In this document: positions 1 to 12,700 of the stretch, piece after piece | How positions within the stretch are numbered: position 1 is the first letter of the stretch | How the letters are laid out: every line of letters starts with the position of its first letter | Assembly: GCF_988242995.1 (NCBI RefSeq) | Contig: NZ_OZ547043.1 | Direction: 5' to 3' (one strand) | Length of the DNA stretch: 64,000 nucleotides | Notes under the pieces: generated by a model | What the model saw: only the letters and a program-made list of their open reading frames with translations | What the model was told of the DNA's origin: nothing | The model's database searches: none | Position numbers and translations under genes: made by a program

Positions 1-31
1 GTGTCGAGATGTTCTGCCGGTTTATAAGCTT

Positions 32-152
32 GTTTACGGGTTCTGTTGCCGGATGCGGCGTGAGCGCCTTATCCGGCCTACGGAGCTGGTTTGCTTGCCG
101 GATGCGGCGTGAAGGTAGGTCGGATAAGATGCGTCAGCATCGCATCCGACAG
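32..152. repeat. REP/BIME-like palindromic repeats downstream of wzc
   Basis: Repeated GCCGGATGCGGCGTGA...CCTTATCCGGCCTAC-type palindromic units typical of E. coli REP elements; lie 3' of the wzc stop. Confidence 0.5.
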
Positions 153-161
153 CGGATGTCG

Positions 162-2324
162 TTATTTCGCATCCGACTTATATTCGTATTCGTAATAGCC
201 ATAATCCTGATACGCGCTGGCGCGGCGGAAGATGGAGTTCAGAATCACCCCTTTCACCGGAATACCGTTTTGCTCAAAGCGGCTCAGACTGGTTTCCACT
301 TCTTTCAAGGTGTTGACCGCATAACGCGCCACCATTAACGTGGTTCCGACATGACGACCAACAATTGCCGCATCGGTCACTGCCAGAATCGGCGGCGTAT
401 CAATCAACACCAGGTCATAGTTTTTACTCGCCCAGTTCACCAGTTCGGCAAAGCGTTCGCTCATCAACAGTTCAGAAGGATTTGGCGGCACCTGACCGCG
501 CGGGATCAGGTCAAATTTGGCAATAGAGGTCGGTTTAGCAGCGGTAGTAATATCGCCCTGACCAATCAGAATTTCCGACAGGCCATTAACGTTATTAGTG
601 CCCAGCAGCTCGTGGGTGTAGCCTTTGCGCATATCGCAGTCGATCAACAACACCCGTTTATTGGTCTGGCTGATCACCGCCGCCAGGTTGGCGCAGACAA
701 AGGTTTTACCGATTGACGGGCTAACCCCGGTCATCATCAACACATTGTTCTGTGCCTGCATCATCGCGAAGTGCAAACTGGTACGCAGACTGCGGATGGC
801 TTCAATCGCCAGATCGGTTGGATTCCCCATCGCCAGTAGCTGGCTCTGTTTATAGCGTTTAATCCCTTTGATGGTTTTGACGCTATCGCGCGCTTTCTGC
901 CATTCCGACAGCGGGATGCTGGCATAGACGCTGATACCGTGTTCTTCCAGCACCTGCGGGCTTTCGATGCCGCGATTAAACAACGAGCGCAGCAGCACAC
1001 CCACGATAGAAAGCATCAGGCCAAGGATAATCGCGCCGAGGATAATCAGCCCTTTCTTCGGTTTCAGCACGCCAGGCTGGGTGATTGCCGGGTCAACAAT
1101 GCGCACATCGCCGACGGTGCTGGCTTCGGTGATTTTCAGCTCCTGCTCTTTATTCAGCAGTTGCATATAGACCTGCTGACCAGACTCGACATCGCGGGTC
1201 AGGCGCACAATCTCCTGCTGGGTTTTCGGCATCGCCGTTACGCGACCGTTAAGTTTGGCTTTCTCTTCTTCCAGCGCCTGACGTTTCTCCAGCAGCGTGC
1301 GGTACGCCGGGTGAACTTTGGTGTACAGCTTGGAGATTTCCGCCTCTTTAAAGGTCAGTTCGTTCAACTGCGCGTCGATGTTCACCATCGAATCGAGCAC
1401 CGCTTTCGCTTCCAGCGGCAGATCAACAGAATCTTTATCCTGACGGAAGGCATTCAGTTTGTTTTCGGCAACATCGAGGCGGCTACGTACTTCCGGTAAC
1501 TGTTGCGCGAGGAAAGCGAGGCTTTTCGACGCTTCCGCCGATTTGCGCTCAATATTTTGTTCCTGATAGTTACGGGCGATGCTGTTAAGAATGTCGCGGA
1601 TCTGTTCGCGATCTTCACCGGTATAAGTCAGGCTCAGTACGCCTGCGTCTTTGCCGTTCTCCGTTACCGTCAGGCTGTTTTGCAGTTGGTTGATCATCCC
1701 CAACGTGGAGTATTTGGTGACGGCAAACTCACTGCCCGGGCGGGCGTGAATGGCTTCAACCATCAGCGTGACGCCTTCTTTTTTCAGCATCTGGCCCGCT
1801 TGCCCACGGGCGCTAAAGCCGCCATCACTGCTCAGGGTGTAGTTTTTATTGTCCAGCACATTAAGCGTAAACACCTGGTCCGCCATCTCTTTCGGGCGGT
1901 TAAAGGTGGTCACTTTCACCGTCTCGTTCTGACGTCCCATCAAACGATCCCAGCCCGCACCGAAAATCGGGAACGTGTTTTTGCTCACCGCAATATCGAG
2001 GTCGAGATCGTCCACCGTTTTACCAAGCACCAGGCGCGAACGAATCAACTGGATCTCGGCGTCCGATGCAGGCGGTTTGTTGGCTAATGCCGAACCAATG
2101 TCCTGCACTAACGAATTGCCGCTGTTTTGCTCGATTTGTACCAGTGCGTCGGCACTATAAATCGGCGTGGCGAAGAAGGTGTAAACCACGGCACAGAGGG
2201 CAAATACAGCGGTGATGCCAATCACCCACCAGCGCGCTTCAATGACGGTGCCGACCAGGCGACCAATATCGATTTCATCACTGCCCGTTACCGGAGCGGC
2301 ATGTTGTTTTACTTTTTCTGTCAT
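162..2324 (-). CDS. wzc: Colanic acid/capsule tyrosine autokinase Wzc
   Basis: ORF track 162..2360; start trimmed to ATG at 2324 (MTEKVKQHAAPVTG...), giving 720 aa. Walker-type BY-kinase region and Tyr-rich C-terminus (YQDYGYYEYEYKSDAK). Confidence 0.9.
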   Translation of the reverse strand: MTEKVKQHAAPVTGSDEIDIGRLVGTVIEARWWVIGITAVFALCAVVYTFFATPIYSADALVQIEQNSGNSLVQDIGSALANKPPASDAEIQLIRSRLVLGKTVDDLDLDIAVSKNTFPIFGAGWDRLMGRQNETVKVTTFNRPKEMADQVFTLNVLDNKNYTLSSDGGFSARGQAGQMLKKEGVTLMVEAIHARPGSEFAVTKYSTLGMINQLQNSLTVTENGKDAGVLSLTYTGEDREQIRDILNSIARNYQEQNIERKSAEASKSLAFLAQQLPEVRSRLDVAENKLNAFRQDKDSVDLPLEAKAVLDSMVNIDAQLNELTFKEAEISKLYTKVHPAYRTLLEKRQALEEEKAKLNGRVTAMPKTQQEIVRLTRDVESGQQVYMQLLNKEQELKITEASTVGDVRIVDPAITQPGVLKPKKGLIILGAIILGLMLSIVGVLLRSLFNRGIESPQVLEEHGISVYASIPLSEWQKARDSVKTIKGIKRYKQSQLLAMGNPTDLAIEAIRSLRTSLHFAMMQAQNNVLMMTGVSPSIGKTFVCANLAAVISQTNKRVLLIDCDMRKGYTHELLGTNNVNGLSEILIGQGDITTAAKPTSIAKFDLIPRGQVPPNPSELLMSERFAELVNWASKNYDLVLIDTPPILAVTDAAIVGRHVGTTLMVARYAVNTLKEVETSLSRFEQNGIPVKGVILNSIFRRASAYQDYGYYEYEYKSDAK

Positions 2325-2326
2325 TC

Positions 2327-2770
2327 TTATACCTGCTCTGCGTTCAATGCCTGCGCCCACTGGCGGGCAGACCGTTCAAGTAATGTGTACACCGCTGCAA
2401 ACGTTTCCCGGCTTTTGCGATACGGATCGGGGATTTCACATTCGTTATCCCAGTGACCAAACAGCATCACTTTGCCGCGCATCTCAGGTGCCATCTCGCA
2501 TAAGCGTTCGATATGGCGCTTTTCCATGGTCAAAATCAGGTCGTAGTTGCGACACAGACGGCGGCTGATTTGACGGGCACAGTGACCTTCCAGAGACAGT
2601 TGATGTTCTGCGGCGACGCTGATAGCGGTAGGATCAGCGCCCTTACCGACCAGCGCGCCGAGTCCAGCGGACTCCACTTTCAGCTCCGGGTGATAACGTT
2701 GCAGTAAGCGTTCCGCCGTCGGGGAACGGCAAATATTGCCGACACAGACAACTAAGATGTTGTTAAACAT
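2327..2770 (-). CDS. wzb: Low-molecular-weight protein-tyrosine phosphatase Wzb
   Basis: 147-aa ORF; N-terminal CVGNICRSP motif (CX5R LMW-PTP signature); immediately upstream of wzc. Confidence 0.9.
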   Translation of the reverse strand: MFNNILVVCVGNICRSPTAERLLQRYHPELKVESAGLGALVGKGADPTAISVAAEHQLSLEGHCARQISRRLCRNYDLILTMEKRHIERLCEMAPEMRGKVMLFGHWDNECEIPDPYRKSRETFAAVYTLLERSARQWAQALNAEQV

Positions 2771-2775
2771 GACGA

Positions 2776-3915
2776 TTACCAGTTATGAATGTCGCTGGCT
2801 GTATCCGTCATGTAACGGACACCGCTAATAGTTGGCAGCAACTGATTGATCAGACGGTTCCAGCGGGAAACCGGGGCGGTGGTGACATACACCACGTCAT
2901 AAGGTTGCAGGCGGAATTCTGTCGCCATCACCAGCGACGTGGCATCGGACATATCCAGCTGGTAGATATTGGCAATCTTGCCGTTACGCCCGCCCTCGCC
3001 TTTCAGCGGACGAATGACAAAGATGCCGCTGGCGTTGGAGGTGGTCATGTCGATGCCTTCAGCATTGCCCAGGGCTTCGGTCAGGGTCATGCCGCTAAAG
3101 TCCATTTTCAGGGTGCTCTGTTTCTTCACTTCACCCATCACAAATACTTTCAGATCATCATTACGTGGCACGTAGAGAATATCGCCGGGGTAAAGCAGGC
3201 GATTCTGGTTGAGGTCGCCGTTTTGCATCAGCGCCTGCAAAGAAATGCGTTCTTCACGACCATTGTGTGTTAACACCACGTTGCGCCAGTCAGCGGTGTC
3301 GGTCAGGCCACCTGCGGCGTTGATGGCGTCGAGAATAGTCAGTGGCACGTTGGTGATCGCCTGTTGACCGGATTTATTCACCTGACCGGAGATATAGGCC
3401 TTTTGTGAGCGGAAGGCGGCGATATTAACGTCCACCTGCGGGTCAGCGATGTACGTCGCTAAGCGCCCGGTAATATCACTGCGGATTTCAGCGAGCGTTT
3501 TCCCGACTACGTGAACCTTGCCGATATACGGGTAGAACATAGTGCCGTCAGGCTGTACCCAGTTGCCGGTGTCGCTGGAGCTGCGGTACTGACCAGCTGG
3601 CGTGGTGAGTTCCGGGTGATCCCAGACGGTGACATTAAGAACGTCGCCCGGCCCGACGCGATACTGGTAATTCGCGATCTCACTTTCCAGCGTCATATTG
3701 GGGCGCGCTACATTCGGGCGTGGGCGTAATTGGTCAATCAGGCGCGGGGTCAACGGATAAACATTCACCATTTTGTCGAGATCGAAATCAGCGTCCTGCT
3801 GTTTGATGACGTCTTTGCCCATCGTCGACATATTGCTGCCCGGAAGTACTGTGCAACCGCTTATCAAGGTTACTGACACCAATAATGGCATCAATTTCAT
3901 TTTGGATTTCATCAT
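2776..3915 (-). CDS. wza: Outer-membrane polysaccharide export lipoprotein Wza
   Basis: 379-aa ORF; signal peptide with lipobox (LISGC); conserved wza-wzb-wzc order. Confidence 0.9.
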   Translation of the reverse strand: MMKSKMKLMPLLVSVTLISGCTVLPGSNMSTMGKDVIKQQDADFDLDKMVNVYPLTPRLIDQLRPRPNVARPNMTLESEIANYQYRVGPGDVLNVTVWDHPELTTPAGQYRSSSDTGNWVQPDGTMFYPYIGKVHVVGKTLAEIRSDITGRLATYIADPQVDVNIAAFRSQKAYISGQVNKSGQQAITNVPLTILDAINAAGGLTDTADWRNVVLTHNGREERISLQALMQNGDLNQNRLLYPGDILYVPRNDDLKVFVMGEVKKQSTLKMDFSGMTLTEALGNAEGIDMTTSNASGIFVIRPLKGEGGRNGKIANIYQLDMSDATSLVMATEFRLQPYDVVYVTTAPVSRWNRLINQLLPTISGVRYMTDTASDIHNW

Positions 3916-4093
3916 TGTTTATTTATCACTTTGGCAGAGTAATTATCCTGTGCACTATTAATAGCAATGTCGCCATGCACATTTACCTTGCAGTTAATTG
4001 AATAAAAATTTAACTGGCATCAGTCCTAAAAAAATTGATTTCATCCGCAGGCTATTGACAGAATAATTCAGACTGGTCTTTCAGGCATCCAGA

Positions 4094-4105
4094 CACGCTA
4101 CCGCC
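4094..4105 (-). promoter_or_regulatory. ops element (GGCGGTAGCGTG) within JUMPstart region of the wza leader
   Basis: Reverse complement of 4094..4105 reads GGCGGTAGCGTG, the RfaH-recruiting ops sequence; located in the untranslated leader upstream of wza. Confidence 0.6.
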
Positions 4106-4572
4106 CCTGGCTTTTTAGCTACCAATACACTGATTTAGCTTAATTTTTCAAACCCTCTCTGCATACAATCGTTGATGAGAAAGGGTTATTGCGGAAATTA
4201 ACTTCCGAATATAAGGTGACATTATGGTAATTGAATATTGGCTCTCCAATAATGCAGGAGGAAGTGTTACAGCTAACGGAATAGCAGGCAAGGTAACAAT
4301 TCGGCAATTGGCTATTTTTAAGAATTATATTAAGTGTCATTCAATATGGTTTTTAGGAGTTTCTTTAGGTTGACAATATTTAATATTGCGTCTCCACATG
4401 CGATATTTCTTAAATATGTTTTATTATTACCACTTTTAATTCAGGGATAATGTGAGGTTATTACCCTCAAATAATATGAGATAAATAGTGCTGCAACATT
4501 GCATTTTTGCCCCGATTTATCCATGATCGAATTGTGACATTTGTCATACAACGAATAGGTTTTGTACTTACT

Positions 4573-6156
4573 ATGGAATGGATTGCCGATCCGTCTATCT
4601 GGGCCGGGTTAATCACGCTGATTGTGATCGAACTGGTCCTCGGCATTGATAACCTGGTCTTTATTGCCATCCTCGCCGAAAAACTACCGCCGAAGCAGCG
4701 CGACCGCGCACGGGTTACCGGGCTGTTGCTGGCGATGTTAATGCGCCTGTTACTGCTGGCGTCAATCTCCTGGCTGGTCACCCTGACGCAACCGCTGTTC
4801 AGCTTCCGCTCGTTTACCTTTAGCGCCCGCGACTTAATCATGCTGTTTGGTGGTTTCTTCCTGTTGTTCAAAGCCACGATGGAGCTGAACGAACGGCTGG
4901 AAGGGAAAGACAGCAATAATCCCACACAACGCAAAGGTGCGAAGTTCTGGGGGGTGGTGACACAAATTGTGGTACTGGACGCCATCTTCTCTCTCGACTC
5001 AGTGATTACCGCCGTCGGGATGGTCGACCATTTACTGGTCATGATGGCCGCCGTGGTTATCGCTATCAGCCTGATGTTGATGGCCAGCAAGCCGTTAACG
5101 CAATTTGTTAACAGTCACCCGACCATCGTTATTCTCTGCTTAAGCTTCCTGTTGATGATTGGCTTTAGCCTGGTGGCAGAAGGTTTCGGCTTCGTCATTC
5201 CGAAAGGCTACCTGTACGCTGCTATTGGTTTCTCGGTGATGATCGAGGCGCTCAATCAGTTGGCTATCTTTAACCGGCGACGTTTTCTTTCCGCTAACCA
5301 GACGCTGCGCCAGCGGACTACCGAAGCGGTAATGCGCCTGCTTAGCGGGCAAAAAGAAGATGCGGAACTGGACGCCGAAACCGCGTCCATGCTGGTGGAT
5401 CATGGTAACCAGCAGATCTTTAATCCGCAGGAACGGCGGATGATTGAGCGGGTACTTAATCTTAACCAGCGTACCGTCAGCAGCATTATGACGTCGCGCC
5501 ACGATATTGAGCATATCGATCTCAACGCGCCGGAAGAAGAAATCCGCCAGTTACTGGAGCGAAACCAGCATACGCGGCTGGTGGTTACCGACGGTGATGA
5601 CGCAGAAGATTTGCTCGGTGTTGTTCACGTTATCGACCTGCTACAACAGTCACTGCGCGGCGAACCGCTCAACCTGCGGGTGTTGATTCGCCAGCCGCTG
5701 GTGTTCCCGGAAACCTTGCCGTTGTTACCTGCCCTGGAGCAGTTCCGTAATGCCCGCACACACTTTGCTTTTGTGGTGGATGAGTTTGGCTCGGTGGAAG
5801 GGATTGTGACATTAAGTGACGTCACTGAAACCATTGCCGGTAACTTACCGAACGAAGTGGAAGAGATCGACGCCCGCCATGATATTCAGAAGAATGCGGA
5901 CGGTTCCTGGACGGCGAATGGTCATATGCCGCTGGAAGATCTGGTGCAATATGTGCCGTTGCCGCTGGATGAAAAACGTGAATATCACACCATTGCCGGG
6001 CTATTGATGGAATATTTGCAACGTATTCCAAAACCTGGCGAAGAAGTTCAGGTGGGGGATTATTTGCTTAAAACGTTGCAGGTGGAAAGCCATCGCGTGC
6101 AGAAGGTGCAGATTATTCCGCTGCGTAAGGATGGCGAGATGGAGTACGAGGTGTGA
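4573..6156 (+). CDS. yegH: Inner-membrane protein YegH (TerC-like N-terminus plus CBS/CorC-type C-terminus)
   Basis: ORF track 4507..6156; start moved to ATG 4573 ([12 protein letters not shown]...), giving 527 aa; multiple TM helices then a soluble C-terminal domain. Confidence 0.85.
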   Translation: MEWIADPSIWAGLITLIVIELVLGIDNLVFIAILAEKLPPKQRDRARVTGLLLAMLMRLLLLASISWLVTLTQPLFSFRSFTFSARDLIMLFGGFFLLFKATMELNERLEGKDSNNPTQRKGAKFWGVVTQIVVLDAIFSLDSVITAVGMVDHLLVMMAAVVIAISLMLMASKPLTQFVNSHPTIVILCLSFLLMIGFSLVAEGFGFVIPKGYLYAAIGFSVMIEALNQLAIFNRRRFLSANQTLRQRTTEAVMRLLSGQKEDAELDAETASMLVDHGNQQIFNPQERRMIERVLNLNQRTVSSIMTSRHDIEHIDLNAPEEEIRQLLERNQHTRLVVTDGDDAEDLLGVVHVIDLLQQSLRGEPLNLRVLIRQPLVFPETLPLLPALEQFRNARTHFAFVVDEFGSVEGIVTLSDVTETIAGNLPNEVEEIDARHDIQKNADGSWTANGHMPLEDLVQYVPLPLDEKREYHTIAGLLMEYLQRIPKPGEEVQVGDYLLKTLQVESHRVQKVQIIPLRKDGEMEYEV

Positions 6157-6159
6157 TGG

Positions 6160-6205
6160 CATGTAGGCCTGATAAGACGCGTAAAGCGTCGCATCAGGCC
6201 TACAG
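6160..6205. repeat. REP element between convergent yegH and asmA
   Basis: Palindrome GCCTGATAAGACGCG...CGCATCAGGCCTACA typical of REP. Confidence 0.5.
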
Positions 6206-6223
6206 GACAGGTCACCTGGTAAC

Positions 6224-8077
6224 CTACATCTTCTCCAGCAACTTCTTCACATCTTTGCCATTGCGGGAATCTTTATTCCGCTCGGCCCAGTCGTTAAGAC
6301 GGCGTTTTGCTTCATCCTGTAGATGTTTACGCAGTAACTGATCCACTTGCAGGCTGTAATTAAGTTGCTGCCAGTTGCCATAAACCCGCAGCGGTACTGG
6401 CGTTTCTTTGAGGAAATCAATCAGTTTGCTTTCCCCGTTCCAGCCCCCCACGACCCGAATATCAAACTGGGTGTCACAGGTTTGATCTGCCAGATTCAAC
6501 ATGCCTTCCCCTGTCAGCACCAGCACAGGCGATTGACCTTGCATGTCGTTTAACGTCACGACGCCATCCTTCAACGTCAAATCGGTGGTAAAGCGGTCAA
6601 GACGCGTCACGTTATCGAAGTTTTCAGCGGCCTTCACATCACCACCATTACGTTCTACCGCTTGCTGAATCATCTGCTGGAAGTTCATCCCTTCCATGCG
6701 TGTATCAGTCATTTCGACATGTGCCTGCCCTTGCCAGTTGTGGCGGAATGCGTCGGCATCTATGTCAGCACCGGAGAAATCACCAGCCAGTGACATCTTT
6801 CCGGTCAACGAAATCGGATAGTTAAACGCCTTCAGAATGGTGCCAATCTCAACGTTTTCCAGCCGTGGCTGGAAGTTTATCCGCGGATTTATTGATGTCG
6901 CGTCCAACGTGCCCGGCAGTGAAACCTGTCCACCGTTAAGTTTGCCCTGCAGTTGAGTAATTTCCAGCAAACCCGACTTGTTGGTCATTTGCGTGGCAAC
7001 ATCTGTAAAATTCATTCCGCGCCAGCGCACGTTACTGGCCTGCAACAAAATATCAGCCGTAAAGCCTTGCAGTCCCTGATAGGCCGGTTCATCAATACGC
7101 GAAGAAATGACCGGGCGCGGCAACGTTGATTGGCTCTGCCCTTGCTGCGCGGCACCGTTCTCACCGTTCGCTGTTTCATTAAGGGGGATGAGGTTGTCAA
7201 GATTCAGTTGCGGGAATTGCAGTCTCAGCTGCCATTCCGGTTTCTCTGTCAACGTGACCTGTGCTTGCCCGCTCAGCGTACTGTCATTGGCGGTCAAACT
7301 AATTTGGTTAAATGAAAGGCGTTTATGTGACTCCTGCCACTGGACCTGGAAACTCCCCTGCCCCTGAATACCTTGTTTTGGTAAATCTGCACCCTGCAAC
7401 TGCCAGTTAACTTGTTCAATAGCCGCCGTTAAATCATGCGGATAATCAGAAGCATCTACCGTACCGTTAAGGGATATCGTGAGATCGCGCTGATCGCGAT
7501 TAACCCGCCCGGAGAACTCAAATGAACCACGATGTTGGGGATCTTGTTCCATTTGCAGGCGAATATTGCGGATTGTCACCTGCTCGTCATCTTCATGCTG
7601 GAACACCAGCACGCTGTCCGCCACCTTAAGACTGGATATATCAAACGACCATCCGCGATCGTCTGACAGATCCGGCAAGGTATTGTCGCGTGGTGCAACC
7701 GGGGCATCTTCACTGCGTACCGCTTCCGTCTGCGGCGTCAGTTGGATCACTGCCCCTTTTAGCATCACCTGCTTAACGCTCAGTTGATGACTCAGCAGTG
7801 GTAAAAGCGCCACGTCCAGACGCATGTTGTCTGCGCGAACCAGTGGCTGGCTCGCGCCCTGGGCAGTGAGAGACATTCGCCCGGAGAGGATACTAAGCTG
7901 CGGCCAGACGTGCCAACGCAGTGGCCCGTCGAGCTGCAATTGATAACCGCTACGTGCAGCAACTTGCTTGACCATATAGTCGCGGAAATCATTCGGATTC
8001 ACCAGCAACACTAACGCAGATAACCCGGCCACCAGCACGACCAGGAGTATCATCAGCGTCGTCAGAAATCGTCTCAT
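6224..8077 (-). CDS. asmA: Outer-membrane assembly protein AsmA
   Basis: 617-aa ORF with N-terminal TM anchor (MRRFLTTLMILLVVLVAGL); conserved position upstream of dcd. Confidence 0.9.
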   Translation of the reverse strand: MRRFLTTLMILLVVLVAGLSALVLLVNPNDFRDYMVKQVAARSGYQLQLDGPLRWHVWPQLSILSGRMSLTAQGASQPLVRADNMRLDVALLPLLSHQLSVKQVMLKGAVIQLTPQTEAVRSEDAPVAPRDNTLPDLSDDRGWSFDISSLKVADSVLVFQHEDDEQVTIRNIRLQMEQDPQHRGSFEFSGRVNRDQRDLTISLNGTVDASDYPHDLTAAIEQVNWQLQGADLPKQGIQGQGSFQVQWQESHKRLSFNQISLTANDSTLSGQAQVTLTEKPEWQLRLQFPQLNLDNLIPLNETANGENGAAQQGQSQSTLPRPVISSRIDEPAYQGLQGFTADILLQASNVRWRGMNFTDVATQMTNKSGLLEITQLQGKLNGGQVSLPGTLDATSINPRINFQPRLENVEIGTILKAFNYPISLTGKMSLAGDFSGADIDADAFRHNWQGQAHVEMTDTRMEGMNFQQMIQQAVERNGGDVKAAENFDNVTRLDRFTTDLTLKDGVVTLNDMQGQSPVLVLTGEGMLNLADQTCDTQFDIRVVGGWNGESKLIDFLKETPVPLRVYGNWQQLNYSLQVDQLLRKHLQDEAKRRLNDWAERNKDSRNGKDVKKLLEKM

Positions 8078-8098
8078 GGTATCCTCAATGGGCCTGAA

Positions 8099-8680
8099 TT
8101 AGTCTTTATCGATTCGGCTGGCTACCGCGCCCTGCTGGTTGCGATATTTCGCATCTTCACGGCGGTTGTAAGGTCGCGCCGCCGGGCCGGAAAGCGGCTC
8201 AAAGCTCAGCGCACCAATTAACATGCCCGGACGCAGCGCCAGCGGCAGCTTACCGGAGTTGTAGAACTCCAGCACAATACAGCCAGACCAGCCCGGATCG
8301 ATACGGTGCGCGGTGACGTGCACCATCAGCCCCAGACGCGCCAGTGAGGAACGACCGTCCAGCCATCCCACCAGATCGGCTGGCAGCGTCACCGACTCCA
8401 GCGTCACCGCCAGCGCCAGCTCTCCTGGGTGAAGATAAAACGCCTCGCTTTCATCGAGTACGATCTCATCGCTCATCACGCGGTCAAGCGCGGCGCTCAC
8501 TTCATCTTTGGGACCGCTCAGATCGATAAACGCTGCCGTGTGACCACGGAAGGTACGAAATTTATTGCCCAGGCGCACATCCACCGTCGCGCCATTAATA
8601 CGCTCCACTGGCGGACGTGGGTTGATCGACAAACGGCCTTCATCAAGCCAGGCTTCAATATCTCGGTCACACAGACGCAT
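8099..8680 (-). CDS. dcd: dCTP deaminase
   Basis: 193-aa ORF beginning [17 protein letters not shown]; conserved neighbour of udk. Confidence 0.9.
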   Translation of the reverse strand: MRLCDRDIEAWLDEGRLSINPRPPVERINGATVDVRLGNKFRTFRGHTAAFIDLSGPKDEVSAALDRVMSDEIVLDESEAFYLHPGELALAVTLESVTLPADLVGWLDGRSSLARLGLMVHVTAHRIDPGWSGCIVLEFYNSGKLPLALRPGMLIGALSFEPLSGPAARPYNRREDAKYRNQQGAVASRIDKD

Positions 8681-8771
8681 GGCATTTTCTCCTTTCGTGC
8701 ATCACTCCCTTAACGCCAATTACGTCAAGGGCATACCAGGTTATCACTGAACGGTACACAATTTATCAAGC

Positions 8772-9413
8772 TTATTCAAAGAACTGACTTATTTTCGCTT
8801 TCAATATATCGATGGCGATGCGGTTTTTCCCGCCGCGCGGCACGATAATGTCCGCATATTGTTTAGAAGGCTCAATGAATTGCAGGAACATCGGGCGCAC
8901 GGTTTTTTGATATTGCGCCATCACTGAATCCATTGAACGCCCACGCTCGTTAACGTCACGCTTGATGCGGCGCATCAGGCAGATATCCAGCGGGGTATCA
9001 ACGAAAATGGAGAAGTTAAGTTCGTCACGCAAACGCGCATCTGTCAGCAACAAAATGCCTTCGAGAATGATGACCTTCTTCGGCTCAACCGTCACCGTTT
9101 CTTTCATTCGCGTATGTTCAACATAGCTGTAAACCGGCAGGTCAATTGCCGAGCCGCGTTTCAACGCTTGTAAATGCTCAAGCAACAGGCTGTGATCCAT
9201 CGCGCTGGGATGGTCGTAGTTGGTCTTAACGCGTTCTTCCATCGACAGATGGCTTTGATCTTTGTAATAGCAGTCTTCGGGAATTACGCCGATGTGTTCA
9301 TCACCGACTTGCTCACGTAATTCACGATAAAGGGTACTGGCAATAAGACTCTTGCCGGAAGCCGATGCGCCAGCGATACCGATAATGACGCACTGATGAG
9401 ACTGATCAGTCAT
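8772..9413 (-). CDS. udk: Uridine/cytidine kinase
   Basis: ORF track 8772..9476; start trimmed to ATG 9413 ([23 protein letters not shown]-loop), giving 213 aa. Confidence 0.9.
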
Positions 9414-9730
9414 ATATTTAGCGACCTGATTAACCTGGATGTTAGGAAGGGGGCGACGAAGCGCCAAACGCGGCAATTATAGGGATTTCATCCGCCTGAT
9501 ACCAGTCGAATAGCGTTGCCGCGCGCTCAGAGTTAATTGTTGACGAAGAATTCCCGGTGGCAAATTACGTTGATCAGTTTTATACAAGGTAAAAATTGTT
9601 ATACGCAGTTGCGCAAATTATCCGCCTTTACGTCACTTTATGAGCAATTCGCATATAAAATGTAAAACTTTTGTACTAGCATAAACACAGAAACGAATAC
9701 TGGCGACCTGGTCTTGCGGATAAAGCGGTA

Positions 9731-12700
9731 ATGAGCAAACAATCACAGCATGTATTAATTGCCCTGCCCCACCCGCTGCTTCACCTGGTCAGTTTAGGTT
9801 TAGTCTCGTTTATCTTTACCCTTTTCTCGCTTGAGCTTTCGCAGTTTGGCACCCAACTCGCCCCACTGTGGTTCCCGACGTCCATCATGATGGTGGCGTT
9901 TTATCGCCATGCCGGGCGCATGTGGCCGGGGATTGCGCTGAGCTGCTCGCTGGGAAATATCGCCGCATCCATCCTGCTTTTTTCCACCAGCTCGCTGAAC
10001 ATGACCTGGACGACCATCAATATTGTTGAAGCCGTGGTCGGGGCAGTGCTACTACGTAAATTGCTGCCGTGGTATAACCCATTGCAAAATCTGGCTGACT
10101 GGCTGCGTCTGGCACTCGGCAGCGCCATTGTTCCACCTCTGTTGGGGGGTGTTCTGGTTATCCTGCTGACGCCCGGAGACGATCCTCTCAGGGCATTTTT
10201 GATATGGGTACTGTCAGAATCCATCGGCGCACTGGCACTGGTGCCGCTGGGATTGTTATTTAAACCACACTATCTGCTGCGCCATCGCAACCCACGGTTG
10301 CTTTTTGAGTCGCTGCTCACGTTAGCCATCACACTGACGTTAAGCTGGCTTTCGATGCTGTATCTGCCGTGGCCTTTTACTTTCATTATTGTGCTGTTGA
10401 TGTGGAGCGCCGTGCGCCTGCCACGAATGGAAGCCTTTTTGATCTTCCTTACCACGGTGATGATGGTGTCACTGATGATGGCCGCTGATCCCTCCCTGCT
10501 TGCTACGCCGCGTACATACCTGATGAGCCATATGCCGTGGCTACCGTTTTTGCTGATCCTGCTGCCCGCCAACATCATGACCATGGTGATGTATGCCTTT
10601 CGTGCGGAACGCAAACACATTTCCGAAAGCGAAACCCGTTTTCGTAATGCCATGGAATATTCCGCCATCGGCATGGCATTAGTGGGCACCGAGGGACAAT
10701 GGCTGCAATCCAACAAAGCGCTCTGCCAGTTTCTCGGTTACAGTCAGGAAGAACTGCGCGGACTCACCTTTCAGCAACTGACCTGGCCGGAGGATCTCAA
10801 TAAAGATCTGCAACAGGTTGAAAAGCTGATCAGCGGTGAAATAAACACCTATTCAATGGAAAAACGCTACTACAACCGCAATGGCGATGTTGTCTGGGCG
10901 TTGCTTGCCGTCTCACTGGTGCGCCACACGGATGGCACGCCGCTCTATTTTATCGCTCAGATTGAAGACATTAACGAGCTAAAACGCACCGAACAGGTGA
11001 ACCAGCAACTGATGGAGCGCATCACGCTGGCTAACGAAGCGGGCGGGATTGGCATCTGGGAGTGGGAGCTAAAGCCGAATATTTTTAGCTGGGATAAGCG
11101 GATGTTCGAGCTGTATGAAATTCCTCCGCATATCAAACCGAACTGGCAGGTGTGGTACGAGTGCGTGCTGCCGGAAGATCGCCAGCATGCCGAAAAAGTG
11201 ATTCGTGATTCGTTGCAATCACGCTCGCCCTTTAAGCTGGAATTTCGCATTGCCGTGAAAGATGGCATCCGCCATATCCGCGCCCTCGCCAACCGGGTAC
11301 TGAATAAAGAAGGCGAAGTCGAACGTCTGCTCGGCATTAATATGGATATGACCGAGGTTAAACAGCTTAACGAGGCATTGTTTCAGGAAAAAGAGCGCCT
11401 GCACATTACGCTGGATTCCATCGGCGAAGCCGTGGTTTGTATTGATATGGCAATGAAAATTACCTTTATGAATCCGGTGGCGGAGAAGATGAGCGGCTGG
11501 ACGCAGGAAGAAGCGTTAGGTGTTCCACTCCTGACGGTGTTGCATATTACTTTTGGCGACAACGGACCATTAATGGAGAACATTTACAGTGCCGACACCT
11601 CACGTTCCGCGATTGAACAAGATGTGGTGTTGCACTGCCGAAGCGGCGGCAGCTACGACGTGCATTACAGTATTACGCCGTTAAGTACTCTGGACGGCAG
11701 CAATATTGGTTCGGTTCTGGTGATTCAGGACGTCACCGAATCGCGCAAAATGCTGCGCCAGCTGAGCTACAGCGCCTCCCATGATGCACTGACGCATCTC
11801 GCCAATCGCGCCAGTTTTGAGAAGCAACTGCGTATCCTGCTGCAAACGGTAAATAGTACGCACCAGCGACATGCCCTGGTGTTTATCGATCTTGATCGCT
11901 TTAAAGCGGTGAATGACAGCGCCGGGCACGCCGCTGGCGACGCTTTACTGCGCGAACTGGCGTCATTGATGCTGAGTATGCTGCGCTCCAGCGACGTGCT
12001 GGCGCGACTCGGTGGCGATGAATTTGGTCTGCTGCTGCCAGATTGTAATGTCGAAAGTGCGCGTTTTATCGCTACACGCATTATCAGCGCCGTGAATGAC
12101 TATCACTTTATCTGGGAAGGACGTGTACATCGGGTAGGTGCCAGTGCCGGGATTACCTTGATTGATGACAACAATCATCAGGCGGCTGAAGTGATGTCGC
12201 AGGCTGATATCGCCTGTTATGCCTCCAAAAATGGTGGCCGGGGCCGGGTGACGATTTACGAACCGCAGCAAGCTGCCGCACATAGCGAACGGGCGGCGAT
12301 GTCGCTTGATGAACAGTGGCGGATGATTAAAGAGAATCAGTTGATGATGATCGCCCACGGTGTCGCTTCGCCGCGGATCCCGCAAGCGCGTAATTTGTGG
12401 CTGATTTCACTTAAGCTCTGGAGTTGCGAAGGCGAGATTATTGATGAACAAACATTTCGTCGTAGCTTCAGCGATCCGGCACTTAGCCATGCTCTTGACC
12501 GACGGGTATTCCACGATTTTTTCCAGCAGGCCGCCAAAGCGGTTGCCAGTAAAGGTATAAGCATCGCCCTCCCGCTTTCCGTTGCCGGTTTGAGTAGCGC
12601 CACGCTGGTGAATGAACTAATTGAGCAGCTGGAAAATAGCCCTCTACCACCACGGTTATTACATCTGATTATTCCGGCAGACGCGATTTTAGATCACGCA

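Noticed and set aside
9-338. 109-aa plus-strand ORF at the window start
   Set aside because: Spans REP palindromes and the antisense 3' end of wzc; no coding signal.
351-2087. Several plus-strand ORFs (351..716, 939..1499, 1503..2087) inside wzc
   Set aside because: Antisense to the well-supported wzc gene; typical spurious ORFs in GC-rich coding DNA.
4300-4340. Possible RcsAB box (TAAGAATTATATTAAG-like) upstream of wza
   Set aside because: Only a partial match to the consensus TaAGaatatTCctA as I recall it, and the position relative to the wza promoter cannot be verified without alignment.
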